Of a stretch of DNA of 64,000 bases, positions 13,010-26,045 are shown piece after piece. The stretch's first letter is position 1. Each line of letters starts with the position of its first letter. Made by a program: the position numbers and the translations under genes. Below the pieces are notes generated by a model that worked only from the letters and a program-made list of their open reading frames with translations, was not told where the DNA came from and did no database searches. The stretch comes from Perna viridis (taxonomy: Eukaryota), in the NCBI GenBank assembly GCA_037379345.1, contig CM074513.1, positions 40,234,885 to 40,298,884 of the forward strand. Reading direction: 5' to 3'.

Positions 13010-13221
13010 GGAGGTAGACTTAGGGTAAGGGACAAAATTCATAAAATTAAGGTTATGTTTGTATCATATTCAATTTCACCAAAGCCTTCCAAGCTTTCAT
13101 TTGAAACAGAATGAAATTAATCCAAGTTACTTTGGTGCTTACATGAGATTGAAGTAAAATGCTTAATATAAACGTTCCAATTATTTGTAAGAGTTGAGTC
13201 CCTTACCTTAGGTCTGCCTCC
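13010..13221. mobile_element. TTAA-flanked MITE, 212 bp (Kolobok-like termini)
   Basis: 24-bp TIR GGAGGTAGACTTAGGGTAAGGGAC / GTCCCTTACCTTAGGTCTGCCTCC (21/24 match); TTAA at 13006-13009 and 13222-13225. Confidence 0.85.
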
Positions 13222-14305
13222 TTAAATCAACCAAATTAATAACGAAAACTCTTGCAAAATGCATATTTCATGTACAATCTATGTACATGTACTTATACTT
13301 CTACACTGCAACAACTGAATGTAAAGTTAAGACTAGTTAGGTGGTCTGTGACTGTCTCCGAATAAGAAATAAATGTGAATTTGAATTTTTTTATCTAAAT
13401 GAATGAATCATCTCCTCCAGTCTAATCTTTATAATGATCAGTAAAGAATGGTCGTCATCATATTGAACAGCGATATCAGGCTCAATCGTTAACTACATTA
13501 TTCAGCTCAATCGAAAACATATTTCAAACACAACGTGAATTACAAAATGGAAATCTTCTTTAAATAGAATTGACGTGGCTAAATATAATACATATGCATA
13601 AACATTGGTTAGTGCATTCTCCATGAATAGAGATAAAATGAAGGACGAGACAATGCTTCGGATGATACAAAATGACGATCTTTGTACATTAAGGGCAAGT
13701 ACAAACAATATGCGCAGCCAAATACATCGTTTAATTTGCGATCTGATACATTATTTTAAAATGTTAAAGTTTCTGATACAGTTAATATTATTTAAGATTT
13801 TTTGTACAGCTTTATGTTTTAAAGTTCAATGAATGAAATTGATATATTGACTTTTAAATGCCTTTTACTGCCTAGATATTTCGATGTATTACTTAAATGA
13901 TGCCATGATAAAAACTATCTAAAGGTTCCAACAAATAAACTTTTTATCGACATTGTTACTTTGCTTTTCTATTTGGATATACAGCTTCTTGATATTTTTG
14001 TCTTAAAAACTTTCAGTTCATCCTTAATATTTATTACTTTGTACTTTTCAAAAAAGTGCTCTTCGACTTGTAACATGTAGTGCATATTTTTTCGTTATAT
14101 TCATTGCTTACAAAATATATTTAGTTACATCACAGGAAACAAAACCATTCCATTGCAACGTTATAATGTTTCGTTTTTTATGGTTGATAGTAACCTACTA
14201 TTAAAATATCTATCAACCTATAAAGATCTTGATAAACCTCTCTTATGAGGCGGGGAGATGTAGAGGTCTCGTCGGTGGACTTGTGTGATTATAATTCATT
14301 TATAC

Positions 14306-14831
14306 CTTCTACTGCGTACACCTGCACATCCAAAGCCTCAAACGTCCCATTTGTCAAAGCTGTTGCGGTTTCTTGGCTCCACTGATAACTTTCAGGAGTC
14401 ATTGCGCTATTAAGAGGTAAGCCAGTCGTCCCCTTTGTGATAGTATCTTTGAATACCATGAGGTCTGGTCCATTTCCAAAAACGGGTCCACATGTAGTGT
14501 TCATCATAAGTGCATTTTCAGGAATTCTAACAGAAAATTTACCCGCGTTTTGCATCGTTCCTCTTTCAAGAACAAACAAGAATGCGTCGGCGTCATAGAC
14601 AGATTCACCACTACCAGGCATCCAGCTAACTCGTGCATATCCACCATAAACATTGCCGTTACTGTGGAACACAAGTGTCAACGTCGGGCCCTTGTTATTA
14701 CAATTTTGGTGAAAAGTTGCAGCAGAGCATTCCTGTTCGGAGGCGGAAAACAAACGCGTATATCTCTTTTTTCTTCCCCCAATCCACGCTGAAATCAATA
14801 CTTGTTCACGGAATGTTAATTCGTTCGCCAT
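14306..14831 (-). CDS. IFI44L: IFI44-like first coding exon (TLDc domain)
   Basis: Open frame with an AG acceptor directly before the ATG at 14831 and a GT donor at 14305; TLDc motifs present. Confidence 0.9.
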
Positions 14832-15228
14832 CTAAGACAAATATATAGAAAAAGGTTATTTTCAATAACTATATGTACTTGTATAAAGAGTGGAATTTTT
14901 TTTCATATTTGAACGAAAAACAAACTTTGGATCTAGAAGAAACTCTTCACCTGATATGTCCTTGTTTCCGTTTTTTCTTCATATGCAGTTTAGTACCTTA
15001 CACAAAGCAGTCACGACACTACTGGGATCTGACACGACTTTGTCAAAAATTTAGGACGTTATACAGTCGTAGCACACCCACACTTACCCTTTCACAGTGT
15101 AGTGATCTGTGGGTGTGAAATTTCTTATTGCCGTATCTAACTTTGGGCTATTTGCCGTTTACCACAAAAATATCGTGAAATCGGGTGTAAGTAGGTAAGT
15201 GCTTTTGGTCGTTATTCTGATAATAGTT

Positions 15229-15238
15229 GGGGAAACCC
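15229..15238. promoter_or_regulatory. Possible kappaB-like site upstream of the IFI44-like gene
   Basis: GGGGAAACCC is near the Rel/NF-kB consensus. It lies ~140 bp upstream of a candidate 5'UTR-exon donor (minus-strand GTAAGT near 15087). Confidence 0.25.
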
Positions 15239-15484
15239 TGTGGAATTAGGTAAAACTACAAAGAAAGTGCATATGATTGTGTCAGTGCCGTTTTTTTAAT
15301 TGTTTGCTCCCGTACCCAGTTATACGTGGAATTTAAAAAAGTGATATTTGGTTTTAAAATATAACCAAAATTAGAAAAATAAAAGAAGAAGTAACAGATA
15401 AGAGATGGCTCCCACCATGTCCCCACATTCATAGATGACAATTCCATGTTTTCCTATATGAAACCCTATATTGATTCTGACCAT

Positions 15485-15965
15485 TTTTTTATATTAGAAA
15501 ATATTTTTTTAATATTAGAAATTCATTTTGTAATATTAAAATTCATTTTCTCATATTACAATTTCCTTGTTTAGTAATATTATAAAATATCACACATTTT
15601 GTGATATTACAAATTGAATTTGTATATATAAGAAAATGAATTTGTAATATTAAAAAAATCACTTTGCAATATTGCAAAACCAGTCACATTTTTTAATATT
15701 AAAAATGATTTTCTAATATTAAAAAAAAACGCAATTTGAGTACAAGAAATCCATTTTCTAGTATTAGAAAATCAATTTCTAATATTAAAAAAATCAATTT
15801 GGAATATTAGAAATTCAATTGATTTTTTAATATAAAAAATGATTTTTTTAATATTAAAAATGGGTTTTGTAACATTAGAAATAGAATTTATAATATTAAA
15901 AAATGAATTTGTAATATTAAAAAATCATTTTTAATATTAGAAAACACTCATCATTGTAATATATT
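15485..15965. repeat. Degenerate AT-rich tandem array, unit ~21-22 bp built on TAATATTA(G/A)AA
   Basis: About 20 recurrences of the AATATTA core at roughly regular spacing. Confidence 0.8.
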
Positions 15966-16876
15966 TTTAGATATAATGACATTAAGCCTACTTTACCACT
16001 GCATTATTTAAAAACTAATAAAAATAAATAAATAAAAAATAAAATAAAAAAAATATAATATAAATTTGAAGGTGCAAAATGAGAATATGAAAAAAAAGAT
16101 TCCGTGAAAATATCAATGGATTCCATTCAGTGATGCAAAAGCAGTTACAGATACGAGATGGGTAACCCAGTGTCAGGGAATGACAAAGTCCATATTTTGC
16201 TAATGTGCGACCTCAAAAACATTCACATCAAAATCAAATATAAGGAGTGCACAATTGGAAGGAATAGAATGGACACCCTATCAATATATACAAATGTATC
16301 CCCACTTTCATACCCCACTTTCCAATTTAAAGGTGTAAAACAAGGACAGTGGTATTTTATACGCACCTTTCAACCATCGGTATATAACTTCCTACTTTCG
16401 TTATGCAAAGAAGGGTCGATTGTGACGTGATGCGGAAATGGAACCGAGTTTGTAGGGAATATTATAATTATCATTGCGCATGTTCGAAAGCTATTTTCAC
16501 TTTGACTGCATGAAGAACTTTAAGAAGCGGGCAATTTAATTGTAAAAAAAAAACCAAACAAGTAAGTTTGACGGCTTTTATACCCAATTATTTTTTATAT
16601 TTAATGAGAAGGATCAAAAGATAATAATGGGTGACCATCATTTTCATTAAATACATTTGGGTTGTGAATTTCCAACTTGAAATTTATTTGACTGAATTGT
16701 GAATATCATTTTCCCCTCCGACAGAGATTTATGGGAGCAACATAATAGATGTTCATTCATGTACAGATTCAACTCTTCGTTTAACAACACTTGTATATAC
16801 ATTTAAAGTTTTTTTAAAGGGTATGTCCAGCACTGCCACTGGTGATACCATTGATGAGGACATTCCATGATGCGAC

Positions 16877-19800
16877 TTGTTCATTAAACACACAAACCCT
16901 TACTATGGATGGGTGAAAGATCTGGAGACGGCTAATTCGGTTGTGGAGGAATTTTCTTTAGCTACCTCCACAACTTATGCAGAACCAAGAACTACCAAAA
17001 GTTTGGGAAAATTTTCCCTTAATGTTGAGGCATATTGTTTTGTAAATAAATATCCTTTTCCATATTTTCTTCTCAATGTGCAATTTATTTTTGTCAGAAG
17101 ATCTATTGCTGTGATTTATTTTGTAAATGAACATTGGTGTTGATTGTTCTGACTAATCTCTTTTTGATGGTTGAAGGTGGAAGGGAGGGAAAATAGAAAG
17201 GTCAAAAAGATGTAGCATTTTTGAAAACATAACTGAGATGATACTTAAATCCAAATACATATGTTTATTTGTAATTCTCTCATTGTTTAATTTTATTTCA
17301 GAACAATGCTTAGTGCAGCATTTTGTGCGCTGGGAAGATGATGGTGCTGTCACTCATGGCTCACACATTCCTGTACAGGATACCCCTTTCTTCATCGTTG
17401 GTAAGACAATATTTATCCTTTATGCATAAACTGATACAAAGATTTTGTAATCAAACAGTAGTGCATATAGTAAGTACTCATTTCTTATATACAGTGTGTA
17501 TTTTTTCTTGTTTTAGGTATTTTATCACTTTATAAATATTTTTTTTCAGTACCAGTACATGTATATCATCAGTATAAGATTTTTAATTTTAAATGTCTAT
17601 AAAGTTGTTTTATCATAATTATAAACAAGCAATGTATTAACTAAAAATATTTGTTCAAATATAAGAGAGTTACTTTTAATTTCAATCAACTTGATATCAT
17701 AAGAGGATGCACTCTGTTTATTGGTAGTGGCCTACCCTGCTAAGTGTGGAAAATCATTGGTGAAGTGATAGGCAATGCCATAAATGTGGAGATCGTTGGT
17801 TTGATATCAGACCTCATCACACCAAAGACTTTAAAAATGGTAGGTTCTGCATGCAGCTTTGTGAGGTGAAGTGATGACTGATTAAAGTAAAAAATTGTTT
17901 CTGAGTGTGGTAACTTGCCTTTCTTTGGGTTATTGCTTTTTTGAGCTAGTCCAGCACAGTTTGTCTAGTAAAAAGCTGAGTCTTGATTTGTACGAATGTT
18001 TTCGTACTAAAAATAACTAATAATCTGGCTACTACTTACATGTGAACCTGAAGAAGTAGAAGGTATGTAATATGTAATACTGTGACAAAAATGTATTATC
18101 TATCTAAAGATGTGTGATTTATATTTCAGTGGATGAGGGATTTTTTCAACTTGAAGTAGACCAAAAAGAACAGATGAACTTGCTATAAATGCTTTTGAGG
18201 ATCTTATGAAGTGTCTTACAAATCAAGGTGAGAACTATAAAACTTCTAATTTTTTTTTATTGCCAAATTTATCTTTAAAAGGTATTTCAGCAATTGTTTG
18301 GAGTGAATTTGGTAGCACATTTTTGTCATATGACATTAATATAATATTGCATAAAATATTGCGGTAGACATGTTTTGAAAAGCATTAGTGAAGAAAGATA
18401 CGGGTTAAGAATATCCAATATTTTATAGGATATCTTGGATTCTTGACTCCTTAAATTTGTGAAATGGGTTATGTTTTCATCTGTTCAGTGGCTGTTTATG
18501 TTTTAACTCAACAATGAAAAGTAATTTTGATCATTTGTTGCAATTTTTTTATTAGAATGTCACTGTTCTGTTCATATACTGCAAAATGATGTATGTATGA
18601 TGAATAAGTAACCGGTTACATGATATTGATAATGATTTTTATTTCCTTTCTAGACATAAATGATACACACCAGGAATGTAATCTTGAAGATGTAGAATGT
18701 AAGATACAGAGGTGATGTATGTCATTTATAAGCTCTTATACTTTGTTGTTTTATTTGCATTAAGATTTGTTTCAGAAAAATTAACAAATTATCTTCAATG
18801 TAAATTTGAACCATTAATTTCACTTATATCCTTCATTTATAGTTATTCTGATTTGTTTTTAGGGAATTTCATAAAAGACTTGAAATGTGATGGACTTCTA
18901 AAAACCTCCCCATACATGTTGTACAAAAAACAGATCAGTTAGGTATGATGTTGGTGGTGAAACTTTAGAGGGGAAAGATCTGAGCACATTACAAGGCTCC
19001 AGTTGGCTTAATGATAAGGTAAATGTATATTCCCTTGCAGAGTAGTGTTACATTCGTAGTATATATTCAGCAGAGGAAATCTTTCTGAAAGGAGTGCAGT
19101 GATATGTAGAAGTAGGACTTATAAATCTTTATACTTTTGGCTGCAAAGGTTATGTGTTTATGCAGAATCATTTCTGTCTGATGCAGTTGTTATATTTTCA
19201 ATTTTTACCCTTTGACCTTAAAGACGCTCTTCCATGGAAACGCAAGTTACCTGATCGCAATTCTGTTTCCCCATTGGCCAAATACTGATAACTTAGTGGC
19301 TTTCAAAAAAAAATGTAGCGAAATTGTGTGTCGTGTTATTTTCTGAATGAAATGTAGAAAATTAATAATAAGGAGAAAGATCAAAATTTTATCGTGTTTT
19401 TAAAAAGTGAAAACAATTTAGAACAAGAGGGTCATATTTTCGCTCTGCCATCATATATGGCAGTCCTTTGGGAGCCAAAACGGTTCGATACTTGGTTTTA
19501 CAGTAAGGTAAGTATTTCATTTTTACAACATGTATTATTTTAAAATTTTAAGATAATGACTACGAGTTATGCAGATATATTAACTGCCAGTTACCAAATG
19601 AAACAAAGAAAAATATTTTGTATGTAACAGTTACTGGTTAAGTGCAACGGAAGTCATGGAAGGCAAAACTTATGTTTTCTATTCCAGCGATGACAGCACC
19701 TACAAACTTCACTTATGTTTTCTGATAAGTTAATTTCAACTTGAACCCCTTATGCTCGGTCAATGATATTTGGTGTGCAGATGCATTACCATCATTTCAT

Positions 19801-22658
19801 CACAAATTCATGCCAATTTTAGGAATAAACTCCACAGTCATGGTCTGTTGAAAATTCAATGTTAAAGTTTCATGTTGTTTTGCATTTATAACACACATGC
19901 TGAATTATATTTGGTTCTTGTAGGTTAAATTCGCAAGATACACTTGCATTTTCGTGCCAATCAACAAGTGTCAAAACCACTGGATATTACTGGCAGCAAA
20001 TATTCCATGTAAATCAGTATCAATACTGGATTCCATGAATGGGAACAATGACAAATATGTACAACATTGGAGGTAATTCAATTAATTATCAGTGAAAATG
20101 AATGAAAATCAAATAAATCTTTATTATGCATTTCCTTTAACACAACACCCTCATATAAGTGCATTTTACCAATGTTTTCCATGAATTATGAACCAAAAAA
20201 ACTAAGGGAAATAATGAATTATCCATTGAAAAAAATGAAAAACATGTGAAAATTTAAATAATCTTTAATGCAACTGATACATGTTCTGAATTAAAACATA
20301 ATTAATTTTCATTATGTAAAGTGTTTTATTTAGATATAGAAGGTAACTCTTAATGGATTTTGAATAAGGATCTCATAAATTTTATCTTTAAAATATATAA
20401 TATACTATTATATTTGTTTATTTTATGTTCTACCAACTGTTTGAGGGATACTTACTTTTTAAACAGGCATGCATCTAATACAGGACTGATTATGCTGTAC
20501 TGTTGCCCATTAGGCCCTTGTAAAAAATGACACCAATTTTCTTGAAACTATGCTGAATTGAATATCACATTAAAGACATACAAATTTTCATGAATTTTGG
20601 TCTCTATAAGTTTTGTAAAAATATGTCCATGTGATCAGGCATATCACATCTACTGTAGCACAGATATGTAACATATGAATGACAGTCTTAGTTGGTTCTC
20701 ACCTAACACTTTTGGGTCAACAGCCACATCCCTCTTTCAATGTAGTATCAAGAACACACAAGACTAGTTCTATGCATTGTATAATGTAAGTGCATATGAT
20801 GTTTGTATGTTGATCACATTAATCATAATAAAGCTGAGAATGTGTATTTGTAATTTAGTACAAAGTGTATGAATATTGTGTGATTAATTTGTCTCCATGC
20901 TTCAGATAGCAGGCAATGTAAAAATGTGGATTTTCAATATTATTATTTATTCAAGCTAAATATCTGAGAAAAAAAATTAATGATCATCCTACCTTTAGTA
21001 TACTGATTTTGAAAGCCCTTTTCCCAAGCTTTGCAGTGGTTGCAACTTAACCCTTGTCATGCTACGCCTGGATCTGTTCGGGATTGGACCTGGTTCTGCT
21101 TTATCGCTTCTGGCAATGTAAATCTTAGTTTAGGAAAGTGCATTTTGTGACCATCTGCTAGCAGTGTGACTGTGCTTTAAAATGAGGCTATCTGATATAT
21201 AGTTTGTTAATAAATAAAGACTTGAAAGCTAAAAGAGGAGGTCACAAGTTTCCACTGTCGAAAAAAAAATGAGATTTTGTTGGTGGTAGGGTTCATTTCT
21301 TGGCCCCTTGCCAGAGCAGAATTGATCTGTAGTACTCTATTTTGCCTGGAAACTAAATAAGAGTGATTTTTGTTGCCACCATTTGGATGTCAATCCCTTG
21401 TATTGACTACTACCGGTTTTAGGACAGAGGCAAAAAATTGGAAAAAATCCTCATTTTTTCACAACTCGTGACCGTAACACATTTTATTTGGCTTCAGTAG
21501 CCTTCACAATCTACAGGCTGTAGGATGAATGTGCTTTGGTTCCTGATTCGTTCCAGTTGAACCACACAAGTTCCAGTTGAACCACACAGGTAGCAAATAA
21601 TGACCAGAGATGGACAAAACTGACAAGTGACAGACCAATTTTCAGCATAACAAGCATTAAAGGTGTCATTTGTACTGAGACATTTATTTCATTTTTTTCA
21701 TTTTCATGTACTTGCATTTGTATTATAACTAACAAGAACATTTTGCAGGAACTACATGAAAATAAGAGGTGAGAAAATAAAAGATGATATTGATGCTAAT
21801 TGGAAGAGTGGAAATTTAAAATCTAGTCAAAAAAAAGATGGCCATAGCTGTGGACTGTTTATACTTATGGTAAATATAACCATGATATGATTTACACATG
21901 CAGATAAATTCTTCTTGGGTGCCAGTTTATTAGTGTTTTGTGTAGAGTATGGAACAATGAAACAAAGAATGCCCCAACAAAAATCTGTGTACAATAGGTT
22001 TGATATTTTGACTTAGATGTTTAGTCCTGTTAAATTTTAGGTTAAGGACAGAGGACATAATAATGTACATAACTATTAACATTCTTCACCATATTGATTT
22101 TTTAATTGTGCCCTTCCCATTAAGAACTGGCTCAGTGTGTTGGTTAGTATTCATTTATTATGTTTATGATCTTGTCCTTAATATGCATCTGACCTGTCAC
22201 TGAACATTAAGCAATCAATCAATTCAGAAAAAGGCTGAGTCAAATGTATAAGTATGGAATATAACAAATTAAGCATAAAAACAATTAACAATGAACACAG
22301 TACTAAACGCAACCACTGACAGCTTCAGACCTGAATTAATCCGAAGAGAATGTCTTGCTATATTAATTGTACAATTTATGTTTCATAATGCACTAGCTTT
22401 AACCAAGGGTATTCAACCAATGCAATTGACCCAAAAGGCTGCTCTGGTAATCAGAGAATATGTCACAAAGAAAATCATAAAAACATCTAGAAAACCAAAG
22501 GCACAGACGACAATTTGTGACATGCTTGATTGTCAAAAGCCAATTAAAGATGCATGGGTGCAGTGTGTGGCCGATGGCTGCACTTCAAATGCATTGGACT
22601 GAACAAAGTGCCAAGAAATGATTATGTGTGTATTGTTTGTGAATCACAATATAGATAG
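16877..22658 (+). pseudogene. Decayed spliced CaRF-like / Ulp1 (C48) SUMO protease / PHD finger gene, probably transposon-associated; exons ~16877-17006, 17302-17400, 18130-18227, 18654-18711, 18863-19018, 19924-20072, 21749-21869, 22387-22658
   Basis: Ulp1 motifs DLSTLQGSSWLND, IFVPINKCQNHWILL...ILDSM, Q.KDGHSCGLFIL. PHD finger CDMLDC...WVQC../WLHFKCIGL...YVCIVC contains a frameshift. The last acceptor reads CAT instead of CAG. The N-terminal exons (GWVKDLETANSVVEEFSLATSTTY; IPVQDTPFFIVG) recall CaRF-like domains. Confidence 0.8.
17757..17985 (+). mobile_element. Degenerate tRNA-head SINE remnant in an intron
   Basis: Decayed A-box-like and B-box-like head followed by CACACCAAAGACTTTAAAAATGGTAG, a body motif I recognise from mollusc SINEs. 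Confidence 0.45.
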
Positions 22659-25047
22659 TTATACCCCATGCATAGAAGAGCCTGTCCATCCTTAAGTGTG
22701 TAATAGTGTGTTGTTGCCTGGAGAGTGCCTTCATTTGTTGAATGTTTTTTCTTCAAACTTTGTTGAATGATTAGTTAACTGTAACAGCTGGATATAATTT
22801 ACTTTCCATTTATCTTGTCACATTTTGAGAGGGTCAGGCTTGCGTTTTCAAAAAAGTGCAAGTGTTGTGATGTGGGGTATTGAGAGGGAGGTATCTAAGG
22901 TTCTGATTGGGTTGTTGCCTTTTAGACACATTCCCCATTCCCATTGTTTATGAATTGTACTTATTTAAAGCTGTTATCAAAAACATGCATTTACAGATTT
23001 TCAATATGAGTCCTTGAGATTATGAGTTTCTACATGAATAGTGATTGTTAACAAACCATCAACAGACTGTTTGTGTTAAAAGTATTTCAACATGGATTTG
23101 AACTGAAAATTAATAAACTATAGAGTTTTGTTTGCCTCTATGCATTAGTAGCAACAATTTTTTAATACATTTTGTTATTTTGATAAAAAAAAAAGGCATT
23201 GATGAGATTTTCGCGCTAATTTATTTTGAACATTATTTACAATTAGCTATAGTCAAGCTTTATAATTAATAAAAAGGGTTTCAGTATTAAAGTTATAATA
23301 GTTTTTTGGTTGCCCCATGGTTTTAAATTTTATGAAATACTAATTTCACAAATTTAATCCCTGTGTTCATTGATCAAACTTTATCCTTTTAAAGAGATGT
23401 TATCATATTTAGTATCTTTCTTCTGTAGGAATCACATTTATGTTTATTGAATTGTATTATTTGGTTCCTTAAGGTCATCAGTTATCGTACCATTTGCTAG
23501 AATTAGTCTTTTCTACAATTTAACAATGTTATGAAATTTTAGAAATTAATTGTACAATATTCAAAGATATGCAGGAAAATGCATTCAAAAGATAATAACA
23601 CAGAGTTTTTTCAGGCCAATTGCTATCTTATTGTAGGTAATGATTTTTTTTATGCATAAAATGCATATATATATTTTCCTGTTCGTTACTCATTTGTACC
23701 AAAATAAAAACCAATGAAGAGTGAATAAAATTAGTATTCGTACACAGTATTTCTGTTCTTTTTATATTCGCATAGCATGAAAGTTTGGGATAGACATGAG
23801 TTCAACATTATGCTCCTTTGCCTAGCACCATGGACATAAAAACAAAGGTCAATCAAAAGTTCTTCATAGAAAAGTTAATACTAGAAGGCAGTACCAATCA
23901 AAACCAAGCGAAACAAGGACTCATAAAATCAAGACATTAACAGCAGTTGAAACTAACACAAAAAGATACAGCACAAATGCCACTAAATAAAAGGAGTGAA
24001 ATCAGAAAGGTATTGGCAATGTCTTTGCTCAGTCCAGTAAAGGTGAAAAGTTACTAAAGGCTGAGCAAGGAAGAATATCAGATACAATTTCTGAAATGCT
24101 TTAGTCATGATGGCAACATGACATTTCTCGAATGCTGACTTTAATTTGACTGATTCATACCCTGTCTAAGCAACTTTTAAGAAAGCATAATTTCTCTCTC
24201 AACAAAATCAATGTTCTTAGAACTTAAACTCTTAAGTAATGCATCAGTTGAGACACATATACTCCATAGGCTGGTTTTGCTGGTATGTTGCTACTCAAAA
24301 GTCAAAAGTTAACTATAAAAAATTAGACAACATGTGTTTGCCAATATTCTCAGGTGTCTGTTAAATGTTGACATTAGTTTCATAAACAAGATTAAATTAT
24401 TAATAAATATAAATTCTAAAAGATAAAACATGTTTGACAAAAAGTATAGTTTTCGTACATTTTGTACATGTAAAAAATATATATGCCAGTGTGAATTATG
24501 ACATGACATTTTTCTCCATATCATATCGCATTTTTGTACGTTATTTTCCTCTGAAATTATTTTGTGGTATTCAGTTCCTTTCTAATTATTTTGTGGTAAT
24601 TAGTTCCTTTTAAATCAAAATTGAAAGTAAGTTTAGCGCATGCGGGCAATAATGACTTCCGCTTCACAATCGACGCCGTCGATTACTTGTCGCTAGTTTT
24701 ACCGAAGCGGATGTTCTTTTAAACGTCTACTTTTTGGAAATTGTATGTAGTTTGAAACGGATATTTATGTAAAAAAAGACGTTCAGAGCTGGTAATGGGA
24801 CAAAATAATGCCAAAGATGACAGGGAGGGGAGAATCAATGCTGCAATAGATAACTTAGAAGTACGTTATGTTATTTTTGATGAATGCGTTCATGTTTATC
24901 TTTTATAGACTAGTTTTTAAATATTTTAAAATTTCACAGTTTTGATACTTAGTGCTGTTCGTATTTATGTTTGTTTACATTTTATGTTGTACGTTTTTCT
25001 TCTCGTGGTTTGCAAGTAAAAAGTAAAGAGACCATGATTTGAACGAA

Positions 25048-25340
25048 GGAGTAATCAAGGGAACCAAGGTTATAGCGGTTATCAAAAGAATGTAATCCAG
25101 GGACAAAGACCAGACATGGAAAACAGACATACATTGATACACAACAAAGAACATAAAAGTAACTAAAACCATACAAAAAAAGTAACAAAAGCAAATGAGC
25201 AACTCTGACTCTGGGAGCATGGACCAGGTGCACCGGTAGGGTAAGGGTCCTCTGCTTTTCTAGAAACACCCGCCGAGTTGCTCATAAAAAGTCAAGTCCC
25301 GGGTAGACAAACGAGGAAAGGAAAACTATGACCCGTTGAA
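25048..25340 (-). mobile_element. Penelope-like element 3'-end fragment
   Basis: GAGTAATCAAGGGAACCAAGGTTATAGCG... tail plus the ATGAGCAACTC...GAGTTGCTCAT stem; same family as 6021. Confidence 0.75.
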
Positions 25341-25345
25341 TAAAT

Positions 25346-25848
25346 TAGATTGATTGATTGATTGTTGGGGTTGAACGTCCAAGCAGCAATATTTCAGCTA
25401 TATTCAGACGATGAACATGAAATGGATGATAAAATGAACATGAAATGATGATAAAATGAAAAAGGGATGGGACACAAAGATAATGGGGTCGACAAATTTT
25501 GATTGCCACTGGAAATAGGGAGAGGTGGGTAGGGTCGGGCAATTTAGCCTCCTGTGGTGGAGCCATATGGTTCCTACTCCGGGAGAATACCACAGTAGGT
25601 TTCTTTAACATGCGAGGAACGTGGCATCTTTCCCAACACGGTGCACCACTATGGTTTGCGGTCAGGTTTTCCGCATTATAGCCTGACAACCCCAGCATGT
25701 AACACGCCAGGGGTACCCCATTCCAGTTGCTCTGTGGGCAGAGCGCCCTAGCCCTTGGCTAGGGTTCTGAGCGCTATTTAGTCGCCTTTCACGACAAGCT
25801 TAGCGCTGCTGCAGGCCTATTCTTTTAACACCCGGACCTACACGGGGC
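25346..25848 (-). mobile_element. ~500-bp SINE-like retroelement, copy 1, (CAAT)n tail, ~20-bp internal deletion
   Basis: Highly similar to the copies at 32298, 56735 and 60892; no clear TSD. Confidence 0.9.
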
Positions 25849-25879
25849 GAAAAGATCAGTTTTCAGTTTTTTATGGCGC

Positions 25880-26045
25880 AGATGGATACCATGATATTCA
25901 TGATCCGGAGACAAAGACAACTGGACAGCAGAAAACACCATATAAACAATACAAATTAACAAGAATGAATAAGCAATCTTATACATAAGACTCCACAAAA
26001 TCCTTGGAGTATGGACCAAGTGCACCGACAGGATAAACATCCTTT
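25880..26045 (-). mobile_element. Diverged Penelope-like 3'-end fragment
   Basis: GACAAAGAC...GGAGTATGGACCAAGTGCACCG match to the family. Confidence 0.6.

Larger units (their letters stand above)
7618..14831 (-). pseudogene. IFI44L: Interferon-induced protein 44-like (TLDc + GTPase), disrupted; exons 14831-14306, [12758-12738 + 10925-10879], 9847-9635, 9249-9107, 8390-8213, 7910-7618
   Basis: TLDc motifs (FHQNCNNKGPTLTLV, YGGY, DADAFLF, GPVFG.GPDL), PWR linker, P-loop NILLIGPVGAGKSSFFNTINS, ICDCKGFE, RIHCVALVVDA, GIPQLILMNKID, LRQMLRAADDYL. Introns are GT-AG. Exon 9249-9107 is 143 bp between phase-0 boundaries (frameshift), and coding exon 2 is split by a transposon. Confidence 0.92.

Noticed and set aside
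15485-15965. CRISPR-like array
   Set aside because: Eukaryotic context, degenerate units, no unique spacers and no cas genes.
24975-25269. Hydrophobic ORFs (also 30561, 45996, 55148, 62394) as membrane peptides
   Set aside because: They arise from the T-rich Penelope-like tail repeat.
25345-25698. Recurrent 60-120-aa ORFs (also 32376, 56757, 60940, 61080) as a small protein family
   Set aside because: They are translations of the GC-richer SINE-like repeat on both strands, with inconsistent frames.
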